A stretch of 39,326 bases of DNA from the NCBI GenBank assembly GCA_036845585.1, contig DAIUDO010000002.1:1-39326 (forward strand). Reading direction: 5' to 3'. The notes beneath the pieces are model-generated. The model worked only from the letters and a program-made list of their open reading frames with translations, was not told the DNA's origin and did not search any database. Origin of the DNA: Meiothermus sp. Its GTDB lineage: Bacteria > Deinococcota > Deinococci > Deinococcales > Thermaceae. Below are positions 18,026 to 26,449 of the stretch, one piece after another. The position numbers and the translations under genes were made by a program. How positions within the stretch are numbered: position 1 is the first letter of the stretch; the number at the start of each line of letters is the position of its first letter.

Positions 18026-18760
18026 TTACATCCAGGCCCCACCGTTGATGTCGAGGGTGGCGCCGGTGATAAAACCGGCTTCCTCCGAGGCCAGAAAAGC
18101 CACCGCAGCCGCAACCTCTTCGGCTCGCCCTAGCCGCCCCAGAGGGATGCCCGCCAGCACGCGTTGGCGCGTCTCGGGGCTCCACTCTGCGCTCATCTCG
18201 GTCTCGATGGCATGGGGGGCTAGCGCGTTCACCGTGATGCCGAAAGGGGCCAGCTCGCGGGCCAGGGTCTTGGTCAGGTTGAGCACCCCGGCTTTGGAGG
18301 CCCCGTAGCCGGGGGCCGAGGTGATGTCGCCCAAGCGGGCCGCAATGGAGGCGATGTTCACGATCCGCCCCCAGCCGAGCTCTTTCATGTAAGGTGCAGC
18401 GTGCTTAGCGCAGTTGAAAGTACCTTTGAGGTTCACCGCTACAACTGCATCCCAGTCAGCTTCCTGCATGCTGAACAGGTTGCCCCGGCGGATGATGCCG
18501 GCGTTGTTGACCAGGATGTCCAGCCGGCCTAGCTCCTTATAGACCCGCTGCATAAAGCCCTCTACAGCGCTGTAATCGGCAACGTTCAGCGCCCAGCCCC
18601 AGGCCTCGGCGCCCTGGGCCTGCAGGGCTGCAGCGGCTTCCTTGGCTTTGCTCTCATCCAGGTCGGCAACGACCACCCGAGCCTGCCTTGAAAGCCTCTC
18701 AGCGATGGCCCGGCCAATGCCCCTAGCTCCTCCAGTGACGATGGCTACGCGTTTTTGCAT
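18026..18760 (-). CDS. SDR oxidoreductase (FabG-like)
   Basis: TGGARGIG, NNAG, YGASK, DINGG. Confidence 0.88.
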   Translation of the reverse strand: MQKRVAIVTGGARGIGRAIAERLSRQARVVVADLDESKAKEAAAALQAQGAEAWGWALNVADYSAVEGFMQRVYKELGRLDILVNNAGIIRRGNLFSMQEADWDAVVAVNLKGTFNCAKHAAPYMKELGWGRIVNIASIAARLGDITSAPGYGASKAGVLNLTKTLARELAPFGITVNALAPHAIETEMSAEWSPETRQRVLAGIPLGRLGRAEEVAAAVAFLASEEAGFITGATLDINGGAWM

Positions 18761-18763
18761 TCC

Positions 18764-20047
18764 TCAACCTCCAAAGAGCAGCCGGGGGAGAAAGGTCACC
18801 ACCCCAGGCAGGAAGAAAGCCAGCAGAATAGCCCCTAAAGCAGCCAGGAAAAAGGGCCAGCCCTCCTGGATATACTCCCGGACGGTACAGCCCAGGATTG
18901 AGCAGACGCTGTACATGGAAAGCCCCACCGGTGGGGTAAGCAGCCCAATGGCGCTGGTCATGACCATCAGTACCCCGAAGTGCACCAGGTCTACCCCCAG
19001 GGCCTTCATGGCCGGTACCAGGATGGGGGTGAGCAGGATGATCATCACCGTGGAGTCGAGCACGGTGCCCAGGAGGAGCAAAAACACCAGCACCAAAGCC
19101 ACCACCGCCTCAGGGGGCAGCTTGAGGTTCAGCAAAAAAGCGGAAAGGTTTTGGGGGAACATCTCCCATTTCATCCCGTAGCTGAGCAGGGCTGAGCAGG
19201 CGATCAGAAAGGAGATCATGCCCACGTCGGCTACGGTGTTTCGCAAAGCCCGTTGCAGCTTGGTCCAGTCGAGCTCGCGGTAGATAAGCAGGCCTACCAG
19301 CAGGGCATAGACCGCTGCAGCCGCCCCTACCTCCGACGGCACGAAAACCCCACCCCGCAAGGCCAGAAGCAGCACAATGGGGAAGACAATGGCCCAGATA
19401 CTGCCTAAAAAGGCCAGCACCACCTCGCGCGGTGTGGCCGGGCGGGGCTGCTCGGGCTGGTAGCCTCGAGCCCGCGCTATTAAGCTGACCACCAGCATGT
19501 ACAGGCTGGCCAGCACCACCCCCATCCCTAGGCCACCAGCGAAAAGCTGCCCCACCGAGACCTGCCCGATGCTGCCGTACAGGATGAGGCCGATGCTGGG
19601 GGGGATGGCTACGGCGATAAGGCCAGTAAAGCCCTGGAGCGCTGCCACCAGGCCGCGGGTGTAGCCCCGCTGGAGCATGCCCGGCCCCAGGATGCGGGCC
19701 TGCATGGCTGCGTCGGCAATAGCCGAGCCTGAGACTCCGCCCATCAGGGTGCTGAGCACCACGCTGACCTGGGCCAGGCCCCCCCGCAGGTGGCCGGTCA
19801 GAACCGAGGCAAAGTGCAGAAGCCGCTGGGTTACCCCGGCCTCGTTCATCAGGTTTCCCGCCAGCACAAAGGTAGGGATGGCCAGCAGGGTGAAGACCTG
19901 GGTCTCAGAGAGGATGAGCTGGGTGGGCATGGTGAGCTGAAGCTCGGGCTGCTGCAGAAAGAAAACGAACCCGGCAATGCCGATAGCAAAAACCACCGGC
20001 ATGCCCATCAAAAGCAGCAGCAAAAAGAGCAGCAGGCTTAGAATCAC
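18764..20047 (-). CDS. dctM: TRAP transporter large permease
   Basis: LLAIPTFVLAG, GGVSGSAIAD, IPPSI, GLLTPPVG. Confidence 0.93.
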   Translation of the reverse strand: MILSLLLFLLLLLMGMPVVFAIGIAGFVFFLQQPELQLTMPTQLILSETQVFTLLAIPTFVLAGNLMNEAGVTQRLLHFASVLTGHLRGGLAQVSVVLSTLMGGVSGSAIADAAMQARILGPGMLQRGYTRGLVAALQGFTGLIAVAIPPSIGLILYGSIGQVSVGQLFAGGLGMGVVLASLYMLVVSLIARARGYQPEQPRPATPREVVLAFLGSIWAIVFPIVLLLALRGGVFVPSEVGAAAAVYALLVGLLIYRELDWTKLQRALRNTVADVGMISFLIACSALLSYGMKWEMFPQNLSAFLLNLKLPPEAVVALVLVFLLLLGTVLDSTVMIILLTPILVPAMKALGVDLVHFGVLMVMTSAIGLLTPPVGLSMYSVCSILGCTVREYIQEGWPFFLAALGAILLAFFLPGVVTFLPRLLFGG

Positions 20048-20514
20048 GGCGCCTCCTTCAGGCGGCGGTAGGTTTGCTGGATGTGCTGAAAGGTGGTGAG
20101 CAGGAGAAGCAAACTTCCCACCGGTACGCTCAGGGTGACCCAGGTGTAGCTCAGGCCGGGGATACCCTGGAAAGTGCGGAAGCGGGTGCTGTAGGCCAGC
20201 TCGAGGCCGTACACCAGCAAGGCCAGCAGGAACAAGGCAATCAGTCCCAGGTTGACCAGCTTTAGGCCGAGCTGGCCTTTGGGGGGTAACCGCCGGGCCA
20301 GCAGTTCCACCGAGACATGGCGCTCCTGGCGTAGAGCCACATCTGCGCTAAGAAATACCGCCCAGGCGAAGCAGAAGGTGGCCAGATCCATGCTCCAGCC
20401 CAGCGGGTAGCCCAGGAACCGTCCAAGTCCACCCGCAAAAACCGCCAGGGTGGTCATGGCCAGGAAGACCTGGGCCAGCACCTCCTCTGTTTTGTGTATC
20501 CAGGTAAGTAGCAT
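20044..20514 (-). CDS. dctQ: TRAP transporter small permease
   Basis: Four hydrophobic segments; W-(S)MDLATFCFAWAVFL, RHVSVE. Confidence 0.88.
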   Translation of the reverse strand: MLLTWIHKTEEVLAQVFLAMTTLAVFAGGLGRFLGYPLGWSMDLATFCFAWAVFLSADVALRQERHVSVELLARRLPPKGQLGLKLVNLGLIALFLLALLVYGLELAYSTRFRTFQGIPGLSYTWVTLSVPVGSLLLLLTTFQHIQQTYRRLKEAP

Positions 20515-20535
20515 AGCAGTCCTGTTCGAGGCCGG

Positions 20536-20582
20536 ATCCGCAACCGGCCCACCGCCGCAGCGCCGGCGGTGGGCTTGCGGAT
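20536..20582 (-). other. GC-rich intercistronic stem-loop between dctP and dctQ
   Basis: ATCCGCAA..GCCCACCGCCG-CAGCGC-CGGCGGTGGGC-TTGCGGAT, with no U-tract. Confidence 0.6.
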
Positions 20583-20592
20583 GAGGAAAGGT

Positions 20593-21564
20593 TTAGCGGC
20601 CGACCCCCAGCTCGCGGTAGAGCTGTTGGCGGATGGGGGTTAGGCCCAGGCGTTCGTAAGCAGCGTTGGCTGCGCGGCGGAAGGCCTCGAGGTCCACGTC
20701 GCTCACCACGGTCATACCCCGTTGGATGGCCTGTTGCTTGACCCGGCTGGTGTTGTCCAGGATTTGCCGCGAGACCTCAAACCCGGTGCGGTTGCACTCC
20801 TCTACCAGAATCTGCTGGTAGTTGGCTGGTAGGCGGCGGAACCAGGCCTCACCCACCACCTGGAAGTTCACCAGCAGGAAGTGCCGGGTTTCGCTGACGT
20901 AGCGTACAACCTCCCACAGGCTGGCGTCGCGGATGTTGTCGTAGACCAGCTCGGCTCCGTCGATGGCCCGTTGCTGCAGGGCGCTGTAGATCTCCCCAAA
21001 GGCCAGGGCAGTGGGGGTGGCTCCCAAGGCCCGCACCGACTCCTGCCAGATGGGGGCCGGTGGGGTGCGGATGCGCAGGCCCCGCAGGTCCTCGGGCCGG
21101 CGGATGGGCCGGTTGGTCATGAAGTGGCGGAAGCCCTGTACCCAGTTGAAACAGACCACCCGGATGCCGTACTCCTGGGCCAGCCGGTCGGTCCACTGCT
21201 GCACCACCGGGAGCTTGGTCAGGCGCTCGACCAGCAAGGGGTTTTCCAGGAAGTAGGGGCCGTTCAGCACCGCAATATCTCTAACGTAGTTGCCCATCCG
21301 GGCCGCATCGGTGTTCTGCCCAACCGGTACCCCCCGGCGCAGCTGCTCGATGATATCCTCCTCTACGCCCAGCTGGGCACTGTGGAAGACCAGGATCTGC
21401 AGGTCGCCGTTGGTACGTTCCGAGACCCGCTGCGCCCAGCGCTGGAAGCCGGCATGGTAGGGGTGGTTAGGCCCCAGCACGTGGTTGTAGCGCAGGGTGT
21501 AGGTGGGGCTGGCCCAGGCCAGGCTCAGTAGAAGCATCCAACCGAGTAGCAGACTCTTTTTCAT
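20593..21564 (-). CDS. dctP: TRAP transporter substrate-binding protein
   Basis: Signal peptide MKKSLLLGWMLLLSLAWA; GFRHF, DLRGLRIR, EIYSALQ. AAAGGAG RBS. Confidence 0.92.
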   Translation of the reverse strand: MKKSLLLGWMLLLSLAWASPTYTLRYNHVLGPNHPYHAGFQRWAQRVSERTNGDLQILVFHSAQLGVEEDIIEQLRRGVPVGQNTDAARMGNYVRDIAVLNGPYFLENPLLVERLTKLPVVQQWTDRLAQEYGIRVVCFNWVQGFRHFMTNRPIRRPEDLRGLRIRTPPAPIWQESVRALGATPTALAFGEIYSALQQRAIDGAELVYDNIRDASLWEVVRYVSETRHFLLVNFQVVGEAWFRRLPANYQQILVEECNRTGFEVSRQILDNTSRVKQQAIQRGMTVVSDVDLEAFRRAANAAYERLGLTPIRQQLYRELGVGR

Positions 21565-21606
21565 CCCTATCTCCTTTCGTACGAGTACCCGCACTGTTGG
21601 CGTTTG

Positions 21607-21620
21607 GGTAAACGATTACC
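21607..21620. promoter_or_regulatory. LacI-family operator
   Basis: GGTAAACGATTACC, a near-perfect palindrome with central CG, just downstream of the dctP -10. Confidence 0.7.
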
Positions 21621-21636
21621 TTACTTGAGCTCCGTT

Positions 21637-21701
21637 ATCATAGTGGCCAAAAACTCAGCTTGTCAATAGGAATTGACAGTGAGTCGTAATAACCGAATAA
21701 T
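21637..21701. promoter_or_regulatory. back-to-back sigma70 promoters for the dctP operon and lacI
   Basis: Minus strand: TTGACA (21666-21661)-18-TATGAT (21642-21637). Plus strand: TTGACA (21673-21678)-17-AATAAT (21696-21701). Confidence 0.65.
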
Positions 21702-21725
21702 CTCGGAGAAGGGTTAGCGTTTTTC

Positions 21726-22739
21726 ATGATCCGACCCAAGGTAACCCTAGAGGATGTGGCCCGCTTGGCGGGGGTCTCGACGGTCACAGTTTCCAAGGTG
21801 CTTAACAACCAGGGGCGCATCTCCCAGGCTACCCAGCAACGGGTGCGCCAGGCTGCCGAGCGGCTGGGGTATGTGGCCAACGCAGCAGCCCGCAGTCTGC
21901 GGGGCAAGCCCAGCCGAATGCTGGGGATGGTGGTGCCGGAGATGGCCAGCCCTTACTTTGCCGAGCTGGCCCGCGCAGCGGCCGATGTGGCCGGGCGCCT
22001 GGGCTACGATCTGGGGCTTTTCACCACCTCACGCAGCCCAGATCGGGAGCGCGAACGGGTAGGCTCGCTCCTCGGAGGGTTGGTGGACGGCCTGATTCTG
22101 GTCGGTCCCAGTGGTTCGAGGCAGTTTTTGCGGGCCCTCGAGCAGGTACCGGCCCCGGTTGTGCTCATCAACTACTTTGGCCCGCCTACCCACCTGCCGG
22201 TGATCCGGGCCGAAAACTACCAGACTACCACCGCGCTGCTCCACCACCTGCTGGCCTTGGGTCACCGTCGGATTGCCCACATCTCCGGGGCTCCCCACTC
22301 CGGTCAGGGAGCTGAACGTTTGCGTGCCTACCGCGAGGTGATGCAGGCTGTGGGCTTGTGGCAGGAGGACCTTGTGCGCCCCGGTGGTTTCACCCAGGAA
22401 GGAGGAATGCAAGCCACCCGCCAGCTTCTGGCCCTGGCTCAGGCCCCCACCGCCATCTTTGCCGGAAACGACCTATCGGCCCTGGGGGTTTACGAAGCAG
22501 CGCGGGAACGAGGCTTGAAAATCCCTCACCAGCTCTCTGTGGTGGGATTCGATGATATCCCCATTGCCGACCACCTTAGCCCTCCACTGACGACCGTAGC
22601 CCAGCCAGTACAGGCCATGGCCCAGCTGGCTGTAGAGCTTCTTCTGCGCGGGCTGGAGGGGGAGCGCCTGAGCGAATTTGTGCAGGAGTTTCCCAGCCGG
22701 CTGGTACTGCGCTCATCTACCGGCCCCCCCAGTGGGTAG
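21726..22739 (+). CDS. LacI family transcriptional regulator
   Basis: VTLEDVARLAGVSTVTVSKVLN, LGYVAN, TAIFAGND, LSVVGFDD, PPLTTV. Confidence 0.95.
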   Translation: MIRPKVTLEDVARLAGVSTVTVSKVLNNQGRISQATQQRVRQAAERLGYVANAAARSLRGKPSRMLGMVVPEMASPYFAELARAAADVAGRLGYDLGLFTTSRSPDRERERVGSLLGGLVDGLILVGPSGSRQFLRALEQVPAPVVLINYFGPPTHLPVIRAENYQTTTALLHHLLALGHRRIAHISGAPHSGQGAERLRAYREVMQAVGLWQEDLVRPGGFTQEGGMQATRQLLALAQAPTAIFAGNDLSALGVYEAARERGLKIPHQLSVVGFDDIPIADHLSPPLTTVAQPVQAMAQLAVELLLRGLEGERLSEFVQEFPSRLVLRSSTGPPSG

Positions 22740-22752
22740 GTATACTGCCGGT

Positions 22753-23331
22753 ATGCGCGAACGCATCCTGGCCCGCATCCGCAGGGCCCTCGAGCATCGC
22801 CCTTCCCCGGCCTTGCCCGAGCCGCTGGCCCCAGCCGCACTGGTGCCTGAGGAAGCCCTGGCGCTCTTTATACAGCGGCTGCAGGAGAGCGGGGGGGAAG
22901 TGGTGCGGCTGGAGAACCTAAAAGCTGCCCGCACCTGGCTGGGTCAGTTTGCCCACACCTTTGGCGGGGTGGCCTTGGGCGCCGGCTTTCCCCCAGCGTT
23001 GCACCCTGAGTTGCCCCACCAACCCCCCGAGCAGGCCCCGCTGGGCATATCCTGGGCCTTGGGCGCGGTGGCCGAGACCGGCACGGTGCTCTTGAGCAGC
23101 CAGGAGGGCCGCCGGGTTCAGCTTTTGCCCCCGGCGCACCTGGTTTTTGTGCTGCAGGAGAAAATTTACCCAACCCTGTATGAGGCCCTTACTGCGCTGA
23201 AACCCGATCTACCCTCGGCCATCGGGCTGCATTCGGGCCCCAGCAAGTCCGCCGACATCGGCCAGATCATGGTCAAGGGGGTGCATGGGCCAGGGCGTCT
23301 GGTGGTGGCGGTGGTGCAGAACCCAGCCTGA
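22753..23331 (+). CDS. lutC: LutC/YkgG (LUD domain) lactate-utilisation protein
   Basis: MRERILARIR, AVAETGT, LLPPAH, SGPSKSADI, GVHGP. TATACT lies 6 nt before ATG 22753. Confidence 0.85.
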   Translation: MRERILARIRRALEHRPSPALPEPLAPAALVPEEALALFIQRLQESGGEVVRLENLKAARTWLGQFAHTFGGVALGAGFPPALHPELPHQPPEQAPLGISWALGAVAETGTVLLSSQEGRRVQLLPPAHLVFVLQEKIYPTLYEALTALKPDLPSAIGLHSGPSKSADIGQIMVKGVHGPGRLVVAVVQNPA

Positions 23332-23369
23332 TTTACACATTCATCTCCAGGCCGGACTACACTTGAGGA

Positions 23370-24791
23370 ATGAGCAAAGCCCAGACCCTTGGCGAACTCA
23401 AGCGTACCTATCCCCTAGACAAACTCCGCCGCAGCGTCCGAGACGAAGCGCGCGAAAACCTCATAGCGAAGCTGCGTCTGGGCGATAAGCTCTTCCCTGG
23501 CATCCAGAGCTACGACGACTCGGTGATTCCCAGCCTGGTCAACGCCATCCTGGCCCGGCACAACTTCATTCTGCTGGGCCTGCGCGGCCAGGCCAAAAGC
23601 CGCATCCTCCGGCAGCTGACCGAGCTTCTGGACGAGGAAATTCCTGCCTTGCCCACCGAGATTCGCGATAACCCCCTTTTCCCCCTTTCCGCCGAGGCCA
23701 AGCGCCTGCTTGCGGAGGCCGGCGACGACGCCCCCATCGTCTGGATTCCCAGAAGCGAGCGCTACGTGGAGAAGCTGGCCACCCCCGACACCACCGTGGC
23801 CGATATCCTGGGTGACATCGACCCCATCAAGGCCGCCAAGCGCGGCACCGGGCTGGGTGACCTCGAGGCCGTCCACTACGGCCTGCTCCCACGGGCCAAC
23901 CGGGGTATCTTCGGTATCAACGAGGTCGCCGACCTCGCGCCCAAGGTCCAGGTAGCCCTCTTCAACATCCTGCAAGAGGGCGATGTGCAAATTCGCGGCT
24001 ACCCGGTCCGCCTCGAGCTCGATGTCTGGATCGCCTTCACCGCCAACCCCCAGGACTACACCGCCCGCGGCAAGATCGTCACCCCCCTCAAAGACCGCAT
24101 CGGCTCGGAGATCCGCACCCACTACCCGCGCACTTTGGAGGAGGGCCTCATCATTACCCAGCAAGAAGCCTGGATTGCCCGTGAAGAAGGCATGTACGTG
24201 CCGGCCTACGTGGCTGAAGCTTCCGAAGCCGTCGCCTTCGTGGCCCGCGAGGACAAGCGGGTGGACAAAACCTCAGGGGTCTCGCAGCGGCTTTCGATTA
24301 GCCTGTTGGAGCTGGTGGCCTCCAATGCCGAGCGCCGGGCGCTGCGCCTGGGGGAACGCCCGGTAGCCCGGCCCCTCGACCTTTATGCGGCCCTCCCGGC
24401 CATCACCGGCAAGATTGAGCTGGAATACGAGGGCGAACTCCAGGGGGCCGAACGGGTGGCCCGAGACCTGCTCACGAAAGCCTTTGGCCTGGCCTACGGC
24501 GAGCGGGCCAGGGGCCTACAGGTGGATGAGATCGTGCAGTACTTTGCCGATGGCAACCTGCTTACTCTGCCGGAGGGCAGCGCCGTGGCGGTGCTGAAGG
24601 AGATGGGAAAGGTGCCGGGTCTTCTTGCTGCCGCCCAAAAACTCGAGCCCCAAACCACCCCCGAGGCCCTGGTTGCAGCGGGAGAGTTTATTCTGGAAGG
24701 ACTGGCGGGTCGCCGCAAGATTGCCAGGGGCGAGGAGAGCTATAGCGCCCCCCTCGAGCGCGAACGGGAGCGTTGGGGAAGCGGGAACTGA
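23370..24791 (+). CDS. AAA+ ATPase, Mg-chelatase subunit I/MoxR-like
   Basis: Walker A variant [45 protein letters not shown]. Confidence 0.88.
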   Translation: MSKAQTLGELKRTYPLDKLRRSVRDEARENLIAKLRLGDKLFPGIQSYDDSVIPSLVNAILARHNFILLGLRGQAKSRILRQLTELLDEEIPALPTEIRDNPLFPLSAEAKRLLAEAGDDAPIVWIPRSERYVEKLATPDTTVADILGDIDPIKAAKRGTGLGDLEAVHYGLLPRANRGIFGINEVADLAPKVQVALFNILQEGDVQIRGYPVRLELDVWIAFTANPQDYTARGKIVTPLKDRIGSEIRTHYPRTLEEGLIITQQEAWIAREEGMYVPAYVAEASEAVAFVAREDKRVDKTSGVSQRLSISLLELVASNAERRALRLGERPVARPLDLYAALPAITGKIELEYEGELQGAERVARDLLTKAFGLAYGERARGLQVDEIVQYFADGNLLTLPEGSAVAVLKEMGKVPGLLAAAQKLEPQTTPEALVAAGEFILEGLAGRRKIARGEESYSAPLERERERWGSGN

Positions 24792-24801
24792 GGGAGCTTG
24801 T

Positions 24802-26022
24802 ATGCGCGTGCGGTACTCCAAGTACGAGCCTGGCTTCGACGACCTGACCGGCGCCGACCTGATGGACATGATCCAGGATTTCCTGATGGACTCTGGCTTC
24901 AGCGACCCCTACAACCGCTATCAGCCCGACCCCGGCCGCGCCCCCACCGCCGAAGACCTGATGGATGCCCTGCTGCAAGCCCTCCTGGAGCAAGACCGCA
25001 TCCCCGAAGAATGGCTGCAAGAGGCCCGCCAGGCCCAGAACTTCCAGGACACCCGGCTCGGGCAGGAGCTGCAGCGCCTGATGCAGCGTCTACAGGATGA
25101 GGGCTATATTCGCTTGCCCGGCAACGACCCCACCGACCCCCAGGGCCAGGGTATGCAGGGCGAGGCCCAAGACACGCGGTTGGAACTCACCAACAAGTCG
25201 GTGGACTTTCTGGGCCTCAAGAGCCTGCGCACCCTGCTGGGCTCGCTGGGCAAAAATGCCCCGGGTGCCCATGTCACCCGGCACTATGCCTCGGGCGTGG
25301 AGTCGAGCGGCGAGACCAAGCCCTACGAGTTCGGCGACCAGCCCAACATCAACATCGGCGAGACCCTCAAGAGCGTTGTGATGAAGGGGCTGGAGAATAT
25401 CGAAGAGCGTGACCTGACCATCGAGCTCGCCGAGTACACCGCGGCCATGAATACGGTGGTGCTGCTGGACTGCTCGCACTCGATGATTCTGTATGGCGAA
25501 GACCGCTTTACCCCCGCCAAGCGGGTGGCGCTGGGCCTGGCCCACCTGATCCGCACCCAGTACCCTGGCGACCAGGTGCGCTTTGGGGTGTTCCACGACA
25601 GCGCCGAGGAGGTGCCGCTGGGCCGGCTGCCCACCGTGCAGGTGGGGCCCTACCATACCAACACAGCCGAGGGCCTCAAGCTGGCCCGCAAGATGCTCAG
25701 GAAGATGAGCGGGGAGATGAAGCAGATCATCATGATTACCGATGGCAAGCCCTCGGCGCTTACGCTGCCCTCGGGGCAAATTTACAAAAATGCCTGGGGT
25801 CTCGACCCGGTGATTCTGGCCGAGACCCTCAAGGAGGCCACCCTGGCCCGCAAGGAGGGCATCCCCATCCACACCTTCATGCTGGCCCGCGAGCCCGAGC
25901 TGCTGGCTTTTGTCAAAAAGCTCACCCAAATTACCAAGGGCAAGGCCTACCTGACCACGCCTGGAAATATCGGGCGGTATGTGTTGATGGATTTTTTGAA
26001 CCGCAAGGTTAGCCGGAACTGA
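24802..26022 (+). CDS. von Willebrand factor A domain protein (partner of the AAA+ ATPase)
   Basis: MIDAS motif [21 protein letters not shown]. True start ATG 24802. Confidence 0.88.
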   Translation: MRVRYSKYEPGFDDLTGADLMDMIQDFLMDSGFSDPYNRYQPDPGRAPTAEDLMDALLQALLEQDRIPEEWLQEARQAQNFQDTRLGQELQRLMQRLQDEGYIRLPGNDPTDPQGQGMQGEAQDTRLELTNKSVDFLGLKSLRTLLGSLGKNAPGAHVTRHYASGVESSGETKPYEFGDQPNINIGETLKSVVMKGLENIEERDLTIELAEYTAAMNTVVLLDCSHSMILYGEDRFTPAKRVALGLAHLIRTQYPGDQVRFGVFHDSAEEVPLGRLPTVQVGPYHTNTAEGLKLARKMLRKMSGEMKQIIMITDGKPSALTLPSGQIYKNAWGLDPVILAETLKEATLARKEGIPIHTFMLAREPELLAFVKKLTQITKGKAYLTTPGNIGRYVLMDFLNRKVSRN

Positions 26023-26069
26023 TGTTCTGTGGTGGTTGGTGAAAAAGACAAACCCCCCCGACGACGTCT

Positions 26070-26418
26070 GGCTGCACTGTGCAGCGCAGCCAAGCCGCCG
26101 AAGGCATTTGGCTTGACTACCTTTTGAATCTTAGAGCCCACCCCACCCTTCCCTCCGGTCGGCGTAACTTGCGTCGCCCCTCCCTCCGGACGACGAGATC
26201 AGCGTCACCCTGTCGGTGGGTGAAGAACACGACTCCCTACAAAGGGTCGGTATCGTGCTCCAATGCTGTAACAAACCGGTATTGCGTTCCCGTGACGTAA
26301 AAAACCGGTATTGCCCTCCGCTACGCGGACACCTTCTGTCGGACGCCTCTGCGCCCCGCCAGGGTGGCGTGAGCGAGGCGAGGCCACCATACGGTGAAGG
26401 ACTAACCGAATCTGGCAT
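26070..26418. repeat. structured non-coding intergenic element, probably a dispersed modular repeat (SNR/REP-like)
   Basis: Multiple hairpins (GCTGCAC-T-GTGCAGC; CAAGCC..GGCTTG; TCCGCTACGCGGA) and a direct repeat AAACCGGTATTGC at 26273 and 26302. Ends ACTAACCGAATCTGGCAT, which resembles Meiothermus repeat termini as I recall them. Confidence 0.5.
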
Positions 26419-26449
26419 AACCCCGGTGCAACCGGCAAAGCGTTATAGA

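Noticed and set aside
23370..26022. AAA+ ATPase plus VWA pair as a novel or defence system
   Set aside because: This is a widespread chelatase/MoxR-VWA chaperone-type pair with core-like codon usage, and no effector genes are adjacent.
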